Below, piece after piece: positions 36,478 through 44,947 of a stretch of 64,000 nucleotides of DNA. The notes under the pieces were generated by a model, which saw nothing but the letters and a program-made list of their open reading frames with translations, did no database searches and was not told the origin of the DNA. The stretch lies in contig DXEW01000029.1 in the NCBI GenBank assembly GCA_019114755.1, positions 48,443 to 112,442 on the forward strand. Reading direction: 5' to 3'. Source of the DNA: Candidatus Borkfalkia faecavium (GTDB taxonomy: Bacteria; Bacillota; Clostridia; Christensenellales; Borkfalkiaceae). Both the position numbers and the translations under genes were made by a program. Numbering within the stretch: position 1 is the stretch's first letter; each line of letters starts with the position of its first letter.

Positions 36478-37471
36478 TCACATATACCCTCTCCGCCCGC
36501 GCCGCCGCCCGCACCAGCACCTCGTACGAGATGGTGCCGCACGCGCGCGCGCATTCGTCGGCGTCGGAAAGGACGCAGACGCGCTCGTATTTCTTCCGCG
36601 GCGACTCTTCCACGGCGGCGTCCATGCACAGCCTGCCGCGGCGGAAAAACCCGTCGGCATAGCCGCAGCGCACCACCGCCAGCGCATCGCCGCGCGGCCG
36701 CAGAGAGCGATAGCCCATGCCGCCGCCCCGATAGATGCGGTTTGCCGCCACCTGCGCGTATACGCGCATGGCGGGGCGCAGCCCGCCGCGGGCAAAGCCC
36801 TGCGGGGCATAGCCGTACAGGCCGATGCCGGGGCGAACCAGATCCAGACAGTACCCTTCCGCCGCCAGCACGCCGCCCGTGGCGGCGATGTGCGCGGTCA
36901 GGCGGCCGAACGCCTGTTCCGCGCGGGCGCGGAAGGCGCAGAAGCGGGAAAACTGTTCCCGCGTGACGGCGGCGTCGTGCGGGGCGTAAAAGTGCGAATA
37001 GACGCCCTCCGCACGCATGCACGGGGGCAGGCCCTCTCCGCACAGGGCGGCAAAGGGAGCTTCTTCAAAGCCGAAGCGATTCATGCCCGTGTTCACCTGC
37101 AAGTGCACGCGGACAGTCAGCCCCCGCCCCGCCAAAGCGCGGGAAACGAGCGCGATATCCTGCCCGTCTCCGACGGATACGGTCAACCCGTACAGGGCGG
37201 CGCGCACCGCTTCTTCTATGGATAAGGGCGGCACGAGCACAAGGATATCGGCGGAAATGCCCGCAAGGCGCAGGCGCACCCCCTCTTCGACGAGCGCCAC
37301 GGCAAAACAGTCGGCAACGCCCGCGAGCGCCTGGCAGACCATCGCCCCGCCGTGGCCGTAGGCATCCGCCTTGACGACGGCGCACAGCTTCGCGCCCGCC
37401 GCCTTGGCGCGCAAAAGCGCCGCGTTCCCGCGGATCGCATCTAAACGGATGACCGCCCTGCATGGCTGCAT
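36470..37471 (-). CDS. alr: Alanine racemase (compact)
   Basis: AVVKADAYGHG, NTGMNRFG, YSHF, VRPGIGLYG, GYADG, CMD, TISYE. Confidence 0.9.
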   Translation of the reverse strand: MQPCRAVIRLDAIRGNAALLRAKAAGAKLCAVVKADAYGHGGAMVCQALAGVADCFAVALVEEGVRLRLAGISADILVLVPPLSIEEAVRAALYGLTVSVGDGQDIALVSRALAGRGLTVRVHLQVNTGMNRFGFEEAPFAALCGEGLPPCMRAEGVYSHFYAPHDAAVTREQFSRFCAFRARAEQAFGRLTAHIAATGGVLAAEGYCLDLVRPGIGLYGYAPQGFARGGLRPAMRVYAQVAANRIYRGGGMGYRSLRPRGDALAVVRCGYADGFFRRGRLCMDAAVEESPRKKYERVCVLSDADECARACGTISYEVLVRAAARAERVYVNG

Positions 37472-37905
37472 ATCTCGCCTCCCCCCTGCATTCAATATAT
37501 GCGGAGGGGGCAAAAAATGCATCGGCCAAAACCGCAGGCGGCGGCAAAACATCCTTTACGTCTTGCAGAAAGCGGCAAAAATTGCCCTTATAAAAATTAT
37601 ACCACACTTTTCGGGCGGACGCAAGCACACGCGCGCAGTTTATTTTCGTTTTTGACATATTCAAGCGCGAAAAACGCAGTAAATACATATGAACGGGACG
37701 GTTATGCCGCGCACACGGGCGGAAGGCTGCCAAAAACACAGCCGTCCGCTGCGAACGGGCAAAAGGCAGGCAAAAGCGCCCCCGCCCATTGCGGGCGGAG
37801 GGCGCGGCGCTTCGGCCGGCGGCGAACTTCGGCCCTTTGCGGGCGAAGGGCGCAATGTTCATTCAAAACCAAAAAAACAAGCGCTTCCCCTTTCGGGCCC
37901 CTGCA

Positions 37906-39153
37906 TTACGCCCCCTTGACGCGGGCGACGTCTGCATTGACCGACCGATGGTCGGCGAGGGCGCGGACGGGGTGCGCCTTGTCTTCCACACGGTAGTCTT
38001 TGCCGAATTTTTTGATCGTTTCTTCGATGACGACGTGGCTGGCAAGCCCCTTCACGTTCCCCTGCACGGCGCGGTTGTAGGAGAAGAAGCGGAAGTTGTC
38101 GGGCAGGCTGTCTACCTCCGCATACGATTCGGCGTTGCCCGTCAGGCGCACGCTCTTGAGCACTTCGCGGATATACGACTTCTGTTCGGAAAAGGCGAGC
38201 AGCTGCGGGAATTCGCCCCCTTCGGGGAACAGCTGTTCCCAGCACTTGCCGTTGTACTTTTCCAACAGGCGCACGGCGGCGTGCAGGTGCGAGAGCTCTT
38301 CTTCAAAATGCATCAGCCACAGCTGCTTGATGCGCTCGTCCGTCTCGTCTTTATAGCAGCTCCAGTACAGGTAGCACTCGGTGTATTCGTGCATGACCAT
38401 GCACTCGAACATGTCGGAGGTGGGATCGGAGAGGGAGCCGTAGCCGGTGACGTGCTGTTCTTCGATCATGGCGATCTCGGAATACAGCTTTCTGCCCAGC
38501 TCCGTATCATGCAGGTTGGCGACGTTGAGGTAATAGTTCATCGTCTGCTGTTCGGCGGCGGTGATGATGGCGATGTTCAGGCGGGTGACGGGGTCGCTGC
38601 GGTAGTTGTTGATATAGAAGCGGATGTCGTCCTGCGGGGCGCGCGCCTCGGCGACGGTGGGGCGGCCGGGCATGATCTCGGTATAGCTCCCTACCAGCTT
38701 TTCGGCGTGGATGCCGCGCTCGAAGTCCAACAGGTCGGCATAGCGGTACAGGTGGTCGAAATCTTCCAGCAGGGCGAAGTCCATCTGGTGCTTGACGTTC
38801 GCGTCCTTTTCCCGCTGGGCGAGGATGGCGGTGAGGTCTACCGCCAGCTGTTCGTAGCCGATGGTATGCTCTAAAATGCTCTCGTTGATGGGCTTTAAGT
38901 TGGCGATGCGCTTTTGCTGCTGCTGTTCGCCGCGGCGGATGAGCGCCATGGCGCGGCGGACGTCATTGTTGGTGCAATGGCGGTTGTAGCGGGAGGTGTT
39001 CCAGACCGCCTCGAACTCGGTGCCGTTCATGAGGATGACGCGCACGCGCGTGTAGGGGTCGACCGTCTCTTTATCGTACGGGCGGACGTTGATGCTCTTC
39101 CAGCTCTTGTATGTCTTTTCGATGTCTTTTGCCTTTTCTTGGAATGGATTCAT
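37906..39153 (-). CDS. Ferritin-like (di-metal carboxylate) domain protein, probably spore-associated
   Basis: Repeated ExxH-type motifs (LLEDFDHL, MIEEQHV, EEELSHL); AGGAGG RBS; sigma-G-like promoter upstream. Confidence 0.6.
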   Translation of the reverse strand: MNPFQEKAKDIEKTYKSWKSINVRPYDKETVDPYTRVRVILMNGTEFEAVWNTSRYNRHCTNNDVRRAMALIRRGEQQQQKRIANLKPINESILEHTIGYEQLAVDLTAILAQREKDANVKHQMDFALLEDFDHLYRYADLLDFERGIHAEKLVGSYTEIMPGRPTVAEARAPQDDIRFYINNYRSDPVTRLNIAIITAAEQQTMNYYLNVANLHDTELGRKLYSEIAMIEEQHVTGYGSLSDPTSDMFECMVMHEYTECYLYWSCYKDETDERIKQLWLMHFEEELSHLHAAVRLLEKYNGKCWEQLFPEGGEFPQLLAFSEQKSYIREVLKSVRLTGNAESYAEVDSLPDNFRFFSYNRAVQGNVKGLASHVVIEETIKKFGKDYRVEDKAHPVRALADHRSVNADVARVKGA

Positions 39154-39177
39154 GGCAGTTCCTCCTGATTTTGGAAA

Positions 39178-39207
39178 TATTATGCACGGGAGGCCGATTT
39201 TCTATTC
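39178..39207 (-). promoter_or_regulatory. Putative sigma-G-type promoter
   Basis: GAATA-N18-CATAATA on the minus strand upstream of 39153. Confidence 0.5.
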
Positions 39208-39291
39208 CGAAAATTTGCAAACGGCGGCAAAGTTGTGGTAAAATATAGGAAGTGAATAGAAAGTAAACAGGAAGTGAACACGGAGGTGCTT

Positions 39292-39945
39292 ATGTTAGCC
39301 ATCATCGCGGCGATGCAGAACGAGGCGGATACCCTGCTCTCTTCTGCACAGATCGAACAGAGTTATACCGAACACGGCAAGCGGGTGTGGGAAGGCGAGG
39401 CGTTCGGCGTTCCCTTCCTCCTCATCCTTTCGGGCATCGGCAAATCGAACGCGGCGGCCGCCGCCATGCTCGCCCTGACGCTGGGCGCGGACAGGCTGCT
39501 CGGCTTCGGGGCGGCGGGGGGCATCACGGCGCAGGCACACATCGGCGCGCTGCTGTGCATGCGCCGCGCCGTGCAGTACGACTTTGACCTTTCCGCCATC
39601 AACGGCATGCCTGTCGGCACCCTCAACGAATACCAAACGCCCTACTTCCCTTTGGATATAGACGAACGCTTCCCCTGCGGCACCCTCGCCTCGGCGGACA
39701 AGTTCGCTACGGGCAAGGACGCGGCGCTGCTTGCCGAACTCGGGGCGGACGTGACGGATATGGAGGGAGCTGCCGTGGCGCACGTCGCCTATGCGGCGGG
39801 GGTGCCCTGCCGCCTGTATAAGACCATTTCCGACAACGCCGCCGAGAACAGCCCGCGCGAATATGCCGAAAACCTGCGCATCGCCCTGGCGGCGCTGCGC
39901 GACAACATGCCTGCCATCCTGCAAGGAGCCTATACGAATGAATAA
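39292..39945 (+). CDS. mtnN: 5'-methylthioadenosine/S-adenosylhomocysteine nucleosidase
   Basis: IIAAM..E, SGIGKSNAA, DMEGAAVAHVA, ISDNA; upstream of luxS. Confidence 0.88.
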   Translation: MLAIIAAMQNEADTLLSSAQIEQSYTEHGKRVWEGEAFGVPFLLILSGIGKSNAAAAAMLALTLGADRLLGFGAAGGITAQAHIGALLCMRRAVQYDFDLSAINGMPVGTLNEYQTPYFPLDIDERFPCGTLASADKFATGKDAALLAELGADVTDMEGAAVAHVAYAAGVPCRLYKTISDNAAENSPREYAENLRIALAALRDNMPAILQGAYTNE

Positions 39946-40417
39946 GATCCCTTCCTTCCAAAAAGATCACGACAAGCTGCAGCCCGGGCTGCACTTTTCG
40001 GGGGTGCAGAAGGGCGTGCTCACCCTCGACCTCAGGTTCAAAAAGCCCAATGCGGGCGACTTTATCGCCCAGGGGGCGCTGCACAGCATCGAGCACATGA
40101 TGGCGACGGCGCTGCGGAACGGCGAAAAGAAGGAGCACGTCCTCTACTTCGGCCCCATGGGCTGCCGCACCGGGTTTTACCTGCTGACGGAGGGCCTTGC
40201 CTACCGCGAGGCGCGCGAGGCGGTGCTCTTAGCCATCGTCGCCTGCCTGGGGATGGACGAAGTGCCCGGCTCTCACCGCGAGGAGTGCGGCAATTATTTA
40301 GAGCACGACCTTGCGGGCGCGAAAACGGAATTGACGCGCTATCTCGCCCTGCTGCACGGGCAGAGCGAAGACGAGATCGCCTTAGAAGCGGGGCTCTCCG
40401 CGGAGGCGGGGGCATGA
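39938..40417 (+). CDS. luxS: S-ribosylhomocysteine lyase
   Basis: SFQKDH, DLRF, HSIEH, GPMGCRTGFY, ECGNY..H. Confidence 0.93.
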   Translation: MNKIPSFQKDHDKLQPGLHFSGVQKGVLTLDLRFKKPNAGDFIAQGALHSIEHMMATALRNGEKKEHVLYFGPMGCRTGFYLLTEGLAYREAREAVLLAIVACLGMDEVPGSHREECGNYLEHDLAGAKTELTRYLALLHGQSEDEIALEAGLSAEAGA

Positions 40418-41079
40418 TCGCGCTGGGCGGCGGCTGGGACGAGGCGCTCGCGCCCCTCTTCCAAGACGAAAATTATAAAAAGATCCGCGAATTTTTGAAG
40501 CGCGAGTATACGCACCACGTCGTCTACCCCGACATGTACGACATCTACAACTGCTTCAAGCTGACCCCTCTCCCGCAGGTGAAGGCGGTGATCTTGGGGC
40601 AGGACCCCTACCACAACGAGGGGCAGGCGCACGGGCTGTGCTTTTCGGTGCAGGAGGGCGTGCCCATGCCCCCTTCGCTTGTAAACATCTTCAAAGAACT
40701 GCACGACGAGCTGGGCTGCACCCTGCCCCGCTCGGGCGATCTGACCAAGTGGGCCAAAGAAGGCGTGCTGCTGCTGAACACGGCCTTGACCGTGCGCGCG
40801 CACCAGGCCAATTCGCACAAAGACTGCGGCTGGACGTGGTTTACCGACAACGTCATCCGCATCGTCAGCGAGCGGCGGGAGCACGTCGTGTTCATCCTTT
40901 GGGGCGCCAACGCCCGCTCGAAAAAGCCGCTCATCGACGCGCGCCGACACCTCGTGCTCGAATGCGCGCACCCTTCCCCCCTTTCGGCGTACAACGGGTT
41001 TTTCGGATGCGGGCACTTCAAAAAGGCGAACGCATACCTTGCCGCCCACGGCGAGGCGCCCATCGACTGGCAGCTGTGA
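40414..41079 (+). CDS. ung: Uracil-DNA glycosylase
   Basis: GQDPYH, GLCFS, PPSL, GVLLLN, HPSPLS. Confidence 0.96.
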   Translation: MIALGGGWDEALAPLFQDENYKKIREFLKREYTHHVVYPDMYDIYNCFKLTPLPQVKAVILGQDPYHNEGQAHGLCFSVQEGVPMPPSLVNIFKELHDELGCTLPRSGDLTKWAKEGVLLLNTALTVRAHQANSHKDCGWTWFTDNVIRIVSERREHVVFILWGANARSKKPLIDARRHLVLECAHPSPLSAYNGFFGCGHFKKANAYLAAHGEAPIDWQL

Positions 41080-41159
41080 CGGGCATCCATCAAGCGGCTG
41101 CCGCGAGCTGCCCCCGCGGCGCAACCCTTTCCATTCAAAAAATAAACGGGAGACTGAAC

Positions 41160-42386
41160 ATGAAATACATCGTAGTTTTGGGCGACGGCATGGCCGATTG
41201 GCCCCTTGAACAGCTGGGCGGCAAGACGCCCTTGCAGGCGGCCGATAAGCCGCACATCGACGCCCTGGCAAAGAGCGCGGAAGTCGGCCTCTGCCGCACC
41301 GTGCCCGCCGGGTTCAAGCCCGGCAGCGACGTTGCCAACCTTTCGGTGATGGGGTACGACCCGCACACCTGCTACACCGGCCGCTCTCCCCTCGAGGCGG
41401 TCTCCATCGGCATCGATCTGAAAGATACCGACGTGACCCTGCGCTGCAACCTCGTCACCCTTTCGGACGAGGAAAAGTATGAAGACAAGACCATGATCGA
41501 TTACAGCGCCGGCGAGATCTCCACCGCCGAGGCGCGCGAACTGGTCGAATTCCTTAAAAAGCATTTCGACAGCGAGCGCTGCCGCCTGTACGCGGGCGTC
41601 AGCTACCGCCACTGCCTGGTGGTAAGCGACGGCCAAACGGGGCACGAACTCACGCCCCCGCACGACATTTCGGGGAGACCTGTCAAAACTTTTCTGCCGA
41701 AAGGGCCGATGGGCGAATTCTATCTGGATATGATGAAGCGCTCGGCTCGGCTTTTGCAGGATCACCCCGTCAACCGCGCCCGCATCACCGCCGGCAAGCG
41801 CCCCGCCAATTCCGTCTGGTTTTGGGGGGAAGGCACAAAACCCGCCCTGGAAAACTTTTCTGAAAAGTTCGGCAAGCGGGGCGGCGTCATTTCGGCGGTA
41901 GACCTCGTCAAGGGCATCGGCATTTTGGCGGGCATGCGAATCATCGAAGTGCCAGGCGCCACCGGCAATTACGACACTAACTTTGCTGGCAAGGCAGACG
42001 CCGCCTTAGAGGCGCTTTTGGGCGGGCTTGACTTTGTGTATATCCACATGGAAGCGCCCGACGAGTGCGGGCACCAGGGCGACGTGGCGCATAAGATCTA
42101 TTCCATCGAACAGATCGACGCGAAAGTCGTCGCACGGCTGTGCGAGGGTCTTTACGCCGCGGGCGAGCGCTTCCGCATGCTCATCTGCCCCGACCACCCC
42201 ACGCCCATCGCCGTGCGCACCCATGTTTCCGACCCCGTGCCCTATCTGCTGTATGACAGCGGCGCGGCATTGAGCGGAGCCGCAGGGGGCGCGACTGCCG
42301 CCGCCTATGACGAAGACAGCGCCAAACAGACGGGCGTCTTTATCGAAAACGGCTTTGAACTGATGAAAAAGTTATTCGCAGAATGA
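41160..42386 (+). CDS. apgM: Cofactor-independent phosphoglycerate mutase (ApgM family)
   Basis: DGMAD, GKTPL, PGSDVANL, TPPHD, EAPDECGH, PDHPTP. Confidence 0.9.
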   Translation: MKYIVVLGDGMADWPLEQLGGKTPLQAADKPHIDALAKSAEVGLCRTVPAGFKPGSDVANLSVMGYDPHTCYTGRSPLEAVSIGIDLKDTDVTLRCNLVTLSDEEKYEDKTMIDYSAGEISTAEARELVEFLKKHFDSERCRLYAGVSYRHCLVVSDGQTGHELTPPHDISGRPVKTFLPKGPMGEFYLDMMKRSARLLQDHPVNRARITAGKRPANSVWFWGEGTKPALENFSEKFGKRGGVISAVDLVKGIGILAGMRIIEVPGATGNYDTNFAGKADAALEALLGGLDFVYIHMEAPDECGHQGDVAHKIYSIEQIDAKVVARLCEGLYAAGERFRMLICPDHPTPIAVRTHVSDPVPYLLYDSGAALSGAAGGATAAAYDEDSAKQTGVFIENGFELMKKLFAE

Positions 42387-42427
42387 AAAGTTTTGAAAAT
42401 AGTTGGAAAAAAATGGTTTGAAGATGG

Positions 42428-42676
42428 AAAAAGAACAGGCAAGGTGCCTGTTCTTTTTTCTACCAGCCGGAGCAAGCAGAAGGGTTGCAGATCGTGCACT
42501 TTCAAACGCGAGTGCGAGGGAGTTTACTGAGACGTAAATGACCGAAGCACGAGACGTGCAGAAAGGGTGCGAGATGCGCCCTTATCCTTGCTCTGGAGAG
42601 ACGGGTATCTGCCGAAACCCCGTTCCGGGCCCCCTCGGCATATGCAAAAAGAACAGGCGAAGTGCCTGTTCTTTTT
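42428..42676. repeat. Small structured element bracketed by two near-identical bidirectional terminator hairpins
   Basis: AAAAAGAACAGGC...GCCTGTTCTTTTT at 42428-42458 and 42646-42676; internal TGCCGAAACCCCG..GGG.CCCCTCGGCA hairpin shared with 59315-59353. Confidence 0.65.
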
Positions 42677-42679
42677 GCT

Positions 42680-42754
42680 TGGAGCGAGAGACGGGAATCG
42701 AACCCGCGGGAATCAGCTTGGGAAGCTGACGCCATACCATTAGGCGACTCTCGC
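42680..42754 (-). tRNA. tRNA-Gly(CCC)
   Basis: GCGAGAG...TCAGC-TT-CCC-AA-GCTGA...GGTTCGATTCC...CTCTCGC-TCCA. Confidence 0.93.
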
Positions 42755-42762
42755 ATGTTTAT

Positions 42763-42826
42763 GAGTTCTCGCGCGAACCGCGACAGGCCTTCAAAAGCTG
42801 ACGCCATACCATTCAGCGGCTCTCGC
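42763..42826 (-). pseudogene. Degenerate tRNA-Gly-like copy (5' half)
   Basis: GCGAGAGCCGCTGAATGGTATGGCGTCAGCTT nearly repeats the 5' half of the adjacent tRNA-Gly; the 3' half is diverged, with no acceptor pairing or CCA. Confidence 0.6.
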
Positions 42827-42843
42827 AATCAATTTACCGATAT

Positions 42844-42872
42844 AGTATACAATATTTTCCTCAAAAAAGCAA
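42844..42872 (-). promoter_or_regulatory. sigma-A promoter of the tRNA-Gly locus
   Basis: TTGCTT-N17-TATACT. Confidence 0.7.
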
Positions 42873-43107
42873 ATAAAAAAGGGGCGCGAAGCAAAAATTT
42901 CCGCTAAATGCCCTGCTCTTGCAAAAAAGAGGCCCACGGCCCGCCGCATTCGCGCCAATGCGCGCGTCGGGCGGCCGTGGCTTTGCTTTTTTGATTCACT
43001 CCCACTCGACAAAGCCTAATCAATTTTGTTTAGAGATTATTCTTTGTCGTATTCGTGGTGCTTTTGATTATTTGATGTATCCATATTATCCTGCCTATAT
43101 GGGCTAA

Positions 43108-43138
43108 TGTTATCAGTTTGTTATCGGTGTTGATAACA
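43108..43138. repeat. Left arm-type recombination repeats
   Basis: TGTTATCA (43108), TGTTATCG (43119), inverted TGATAACA (43131). Confidence 0.65.
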
Positions 43139-43222
43139 CTCGCCTTCCTTAGCGTGGATAATAGTATAGTATATAAATTTTTGTGTAATTCTTATACAGG
43201 GATTAAATCACTTCAAAATCTT

Positions 43223-44188
43223 TCATTCTGACACATTCTCTACTCCCAATGATTGTGCAAATGCCTTTGCTTCGTTAAGCAATTTCCTGCGGACTAATTT
43301 ATTATTCCCATCAACATGTTCAGATTTAAACCATCTCTTTTCCCTTTTAAACACACCATTAACCTGATCTTTAGTTGCCGATTCGCCAAAAATGTCTGTC
43401 ATCAGGCAAAGAACATCCGTTGTTGTAAACCATTCACCTTTACCCTCATTAGTTATGATATAAAGGATGAGTATCATCTTTTCTTTGAAATCTTTAAGAG
43501 ATTTTACTTCTGGATACTGTTTTAAGTTCAAATCGTCACAGTTGATTGTAGCATATGGAGAATCCGCCTTTTGATGCTGTTTTCGAGGTTTAGATGACGT
43601 TTTCTTTTCTTTAGTTTCTGCGGGATGCATATTTTTAATAGCTTCTTCTCCTTCTAAAGTTAAAACATATATTTTGGGAGTTGATCCTTTTGCAGAAACA
43701 TCTTCCATAATTAATCCTTTTTTAACCAACTCGCTTAATGACATACTTAGATTATTGGGCAAAGGCTTTTTGGCTTCGGAATATAGATCTTTAAGAGTAG
43801 CGGAGGAAAATGATGAAATACCATTTCGCTTCTCATTAAAATAAACAGCACAGATAATAAAGTCATAGTGTGCATCTGCTCCTTTTGACTTCACGAAAGA
43901 AGCAAGACTCATCCTTGAAAATTCTGTTGTTGAATTTTCCACAGCTTGCTCTGGCAAAGCAACTGTATTAGTTGTTGTTAAAATAGCTGGTTGCTGCGAA
44001 TCTTGAGCCTCTATGTATTGAGCACTTCGTGCCACATTACGAGTGCGTACTATTGCGTCAATAGCGGCTGGCAAAAGAGTATTGTTGAAAATACTTCTTT
44101 CCCTTTCAACCAAATCAGCAGAACCTTCTGCTTCAAATTTGATTTCACCGATTTCAAATTTTACACGAATTTCTGATTTCTCTTCCAT
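43223..44188 (-). CDS. Hypothetical protein with probable tandem winged-helix domains
   Basis: 321-aa AT-rich ORF; LSMSLSELVKKGLI...YVLTLEGEEAI wHTH-like signature and a second similar C-terminal unit; ATG overlaps the upstream TAA. Confidence 0.7.
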   Translation of the reverse strand: MEEKSEIRVKFEIGEIKFEAEGSADLVERERSIFNNTLLPAAIDAIVRTRNVARSAQYIEAQDSQQPAILTTTNTVALPEQAVENSTTEFSRMSLASFVKSKGADAHYDFIICAVYFNEKRNGISSFSSATLKDLYSEAKKPLPNNLSMSLSELVKKGLIMEDVSAKGSTPKIYVLTLEGEEAIKNMHPAETKEKKTSSKPRKQHQKADSPYATINCDDLNLKQYPEVKSLKDFKEKMILILYIITNEGKGEWFTTTDVLCLMTDIFGESATKDQVNGVFKREKRWFKSEHVDGNNKLVRRKLLNEAKAFAQSLGVENVSE

Positions 44189-44928
44189 TAAGTTGTTAAC
44201 CCCGCTTTGCTGTATAATTCTTCGAGCATAACCCGATAATTTAGTTTAATATCATCTATGTCTTTTTTTCCAGCTGTATATGTTATGTTATGTGCAGAAA
44301 AATTGCCAACCATACGGAATGTGTCGAACTCACTTTTAATACGTGAGATTTTTAATATTTGATTGTTTTTAGCATTTTTAACTATGCCATCAAGCATAAT
44401 ATATCCTTTTCCCGTAGAGTCCTTTATCTGATCATCTATTCCATAATTTTGATATGATAGGACAAGTAAAACCTCAAACAATCTTCGCATTAAAACTGCC
44501 GCCGCATCGTAACAATTATTTGCATAAGAGTGATTTATCTGATAAATTAACTGATCTAAATATTTCCGCTTTCCTACAAATTTTTGTTCATCAATTAATT
44601 CACTATCTGAATCAATAGTAATGTTATCTTCCCATAAAACTGCATATTCTTTTTCCGTGCTTTGGAAAATCGCTGGAATAAACTCTATTGTGGCAGTCTT
44701 TCCCTTGGAGTTAACAAAAGCCTTTTCTTTTCCCTTAGTTAAATTTGTCTTTAATCTTGAACTATTGGGAACATTAAACCCACACTGCACGAATAAATTA
44801 GAAATTAACGGCATTGAAAAAACTGATTCGCCAGTTTCTTTATAATGAAAGAAACAAAGGAGTTTTGCTTTCTCACTCTCACTTCTATCAGCTAATTTTG
44901 TTTTTTCAATAAAATCAAGTATCTTCAT
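44188..44928 (-). CDS. DUF4145/HEPN-like domain protein
   Basis: QINHSYANNCYDAAAVLMRRLFEVLL and FRMVGNFSAH (RxxGNxxAH) motifs; N-terminal wHTH-like segment. Confidence 0.7.
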   Translation of the reverse strand: MKILDFIEKTKLADRSESEKAKLLCFFHYKETGESVFSMPLISNLFVQCGFNVPNSSRLKTNLTKGKEKAFVNSKGKTATIEFIPAIFQSTEKEYAVLWEDNITIDSDSELIDEQKFVGKRKYLDQLIYQINHSYANNCYDAAAVLMRRLFEVLLVLSYQNYGIDDQIKDSTGKGYIMLDGIVKNAKNNQILKISRIKSEFDTFRMVGNFSAHNITYTAGKKDIDDIKLNYRVMLEELYSKAGLTT

Positions 44929-44947
44929 TCTAAAATAGTCCTCTACA

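Noticed and set aside
42680-42754. tRNA-Gly as the integration site of the AT-rich islet
   Set aside because: The islet lies upstream (5') of the tRNA and is bounded by guaA 3'-end repeats, not tRNA repeats.
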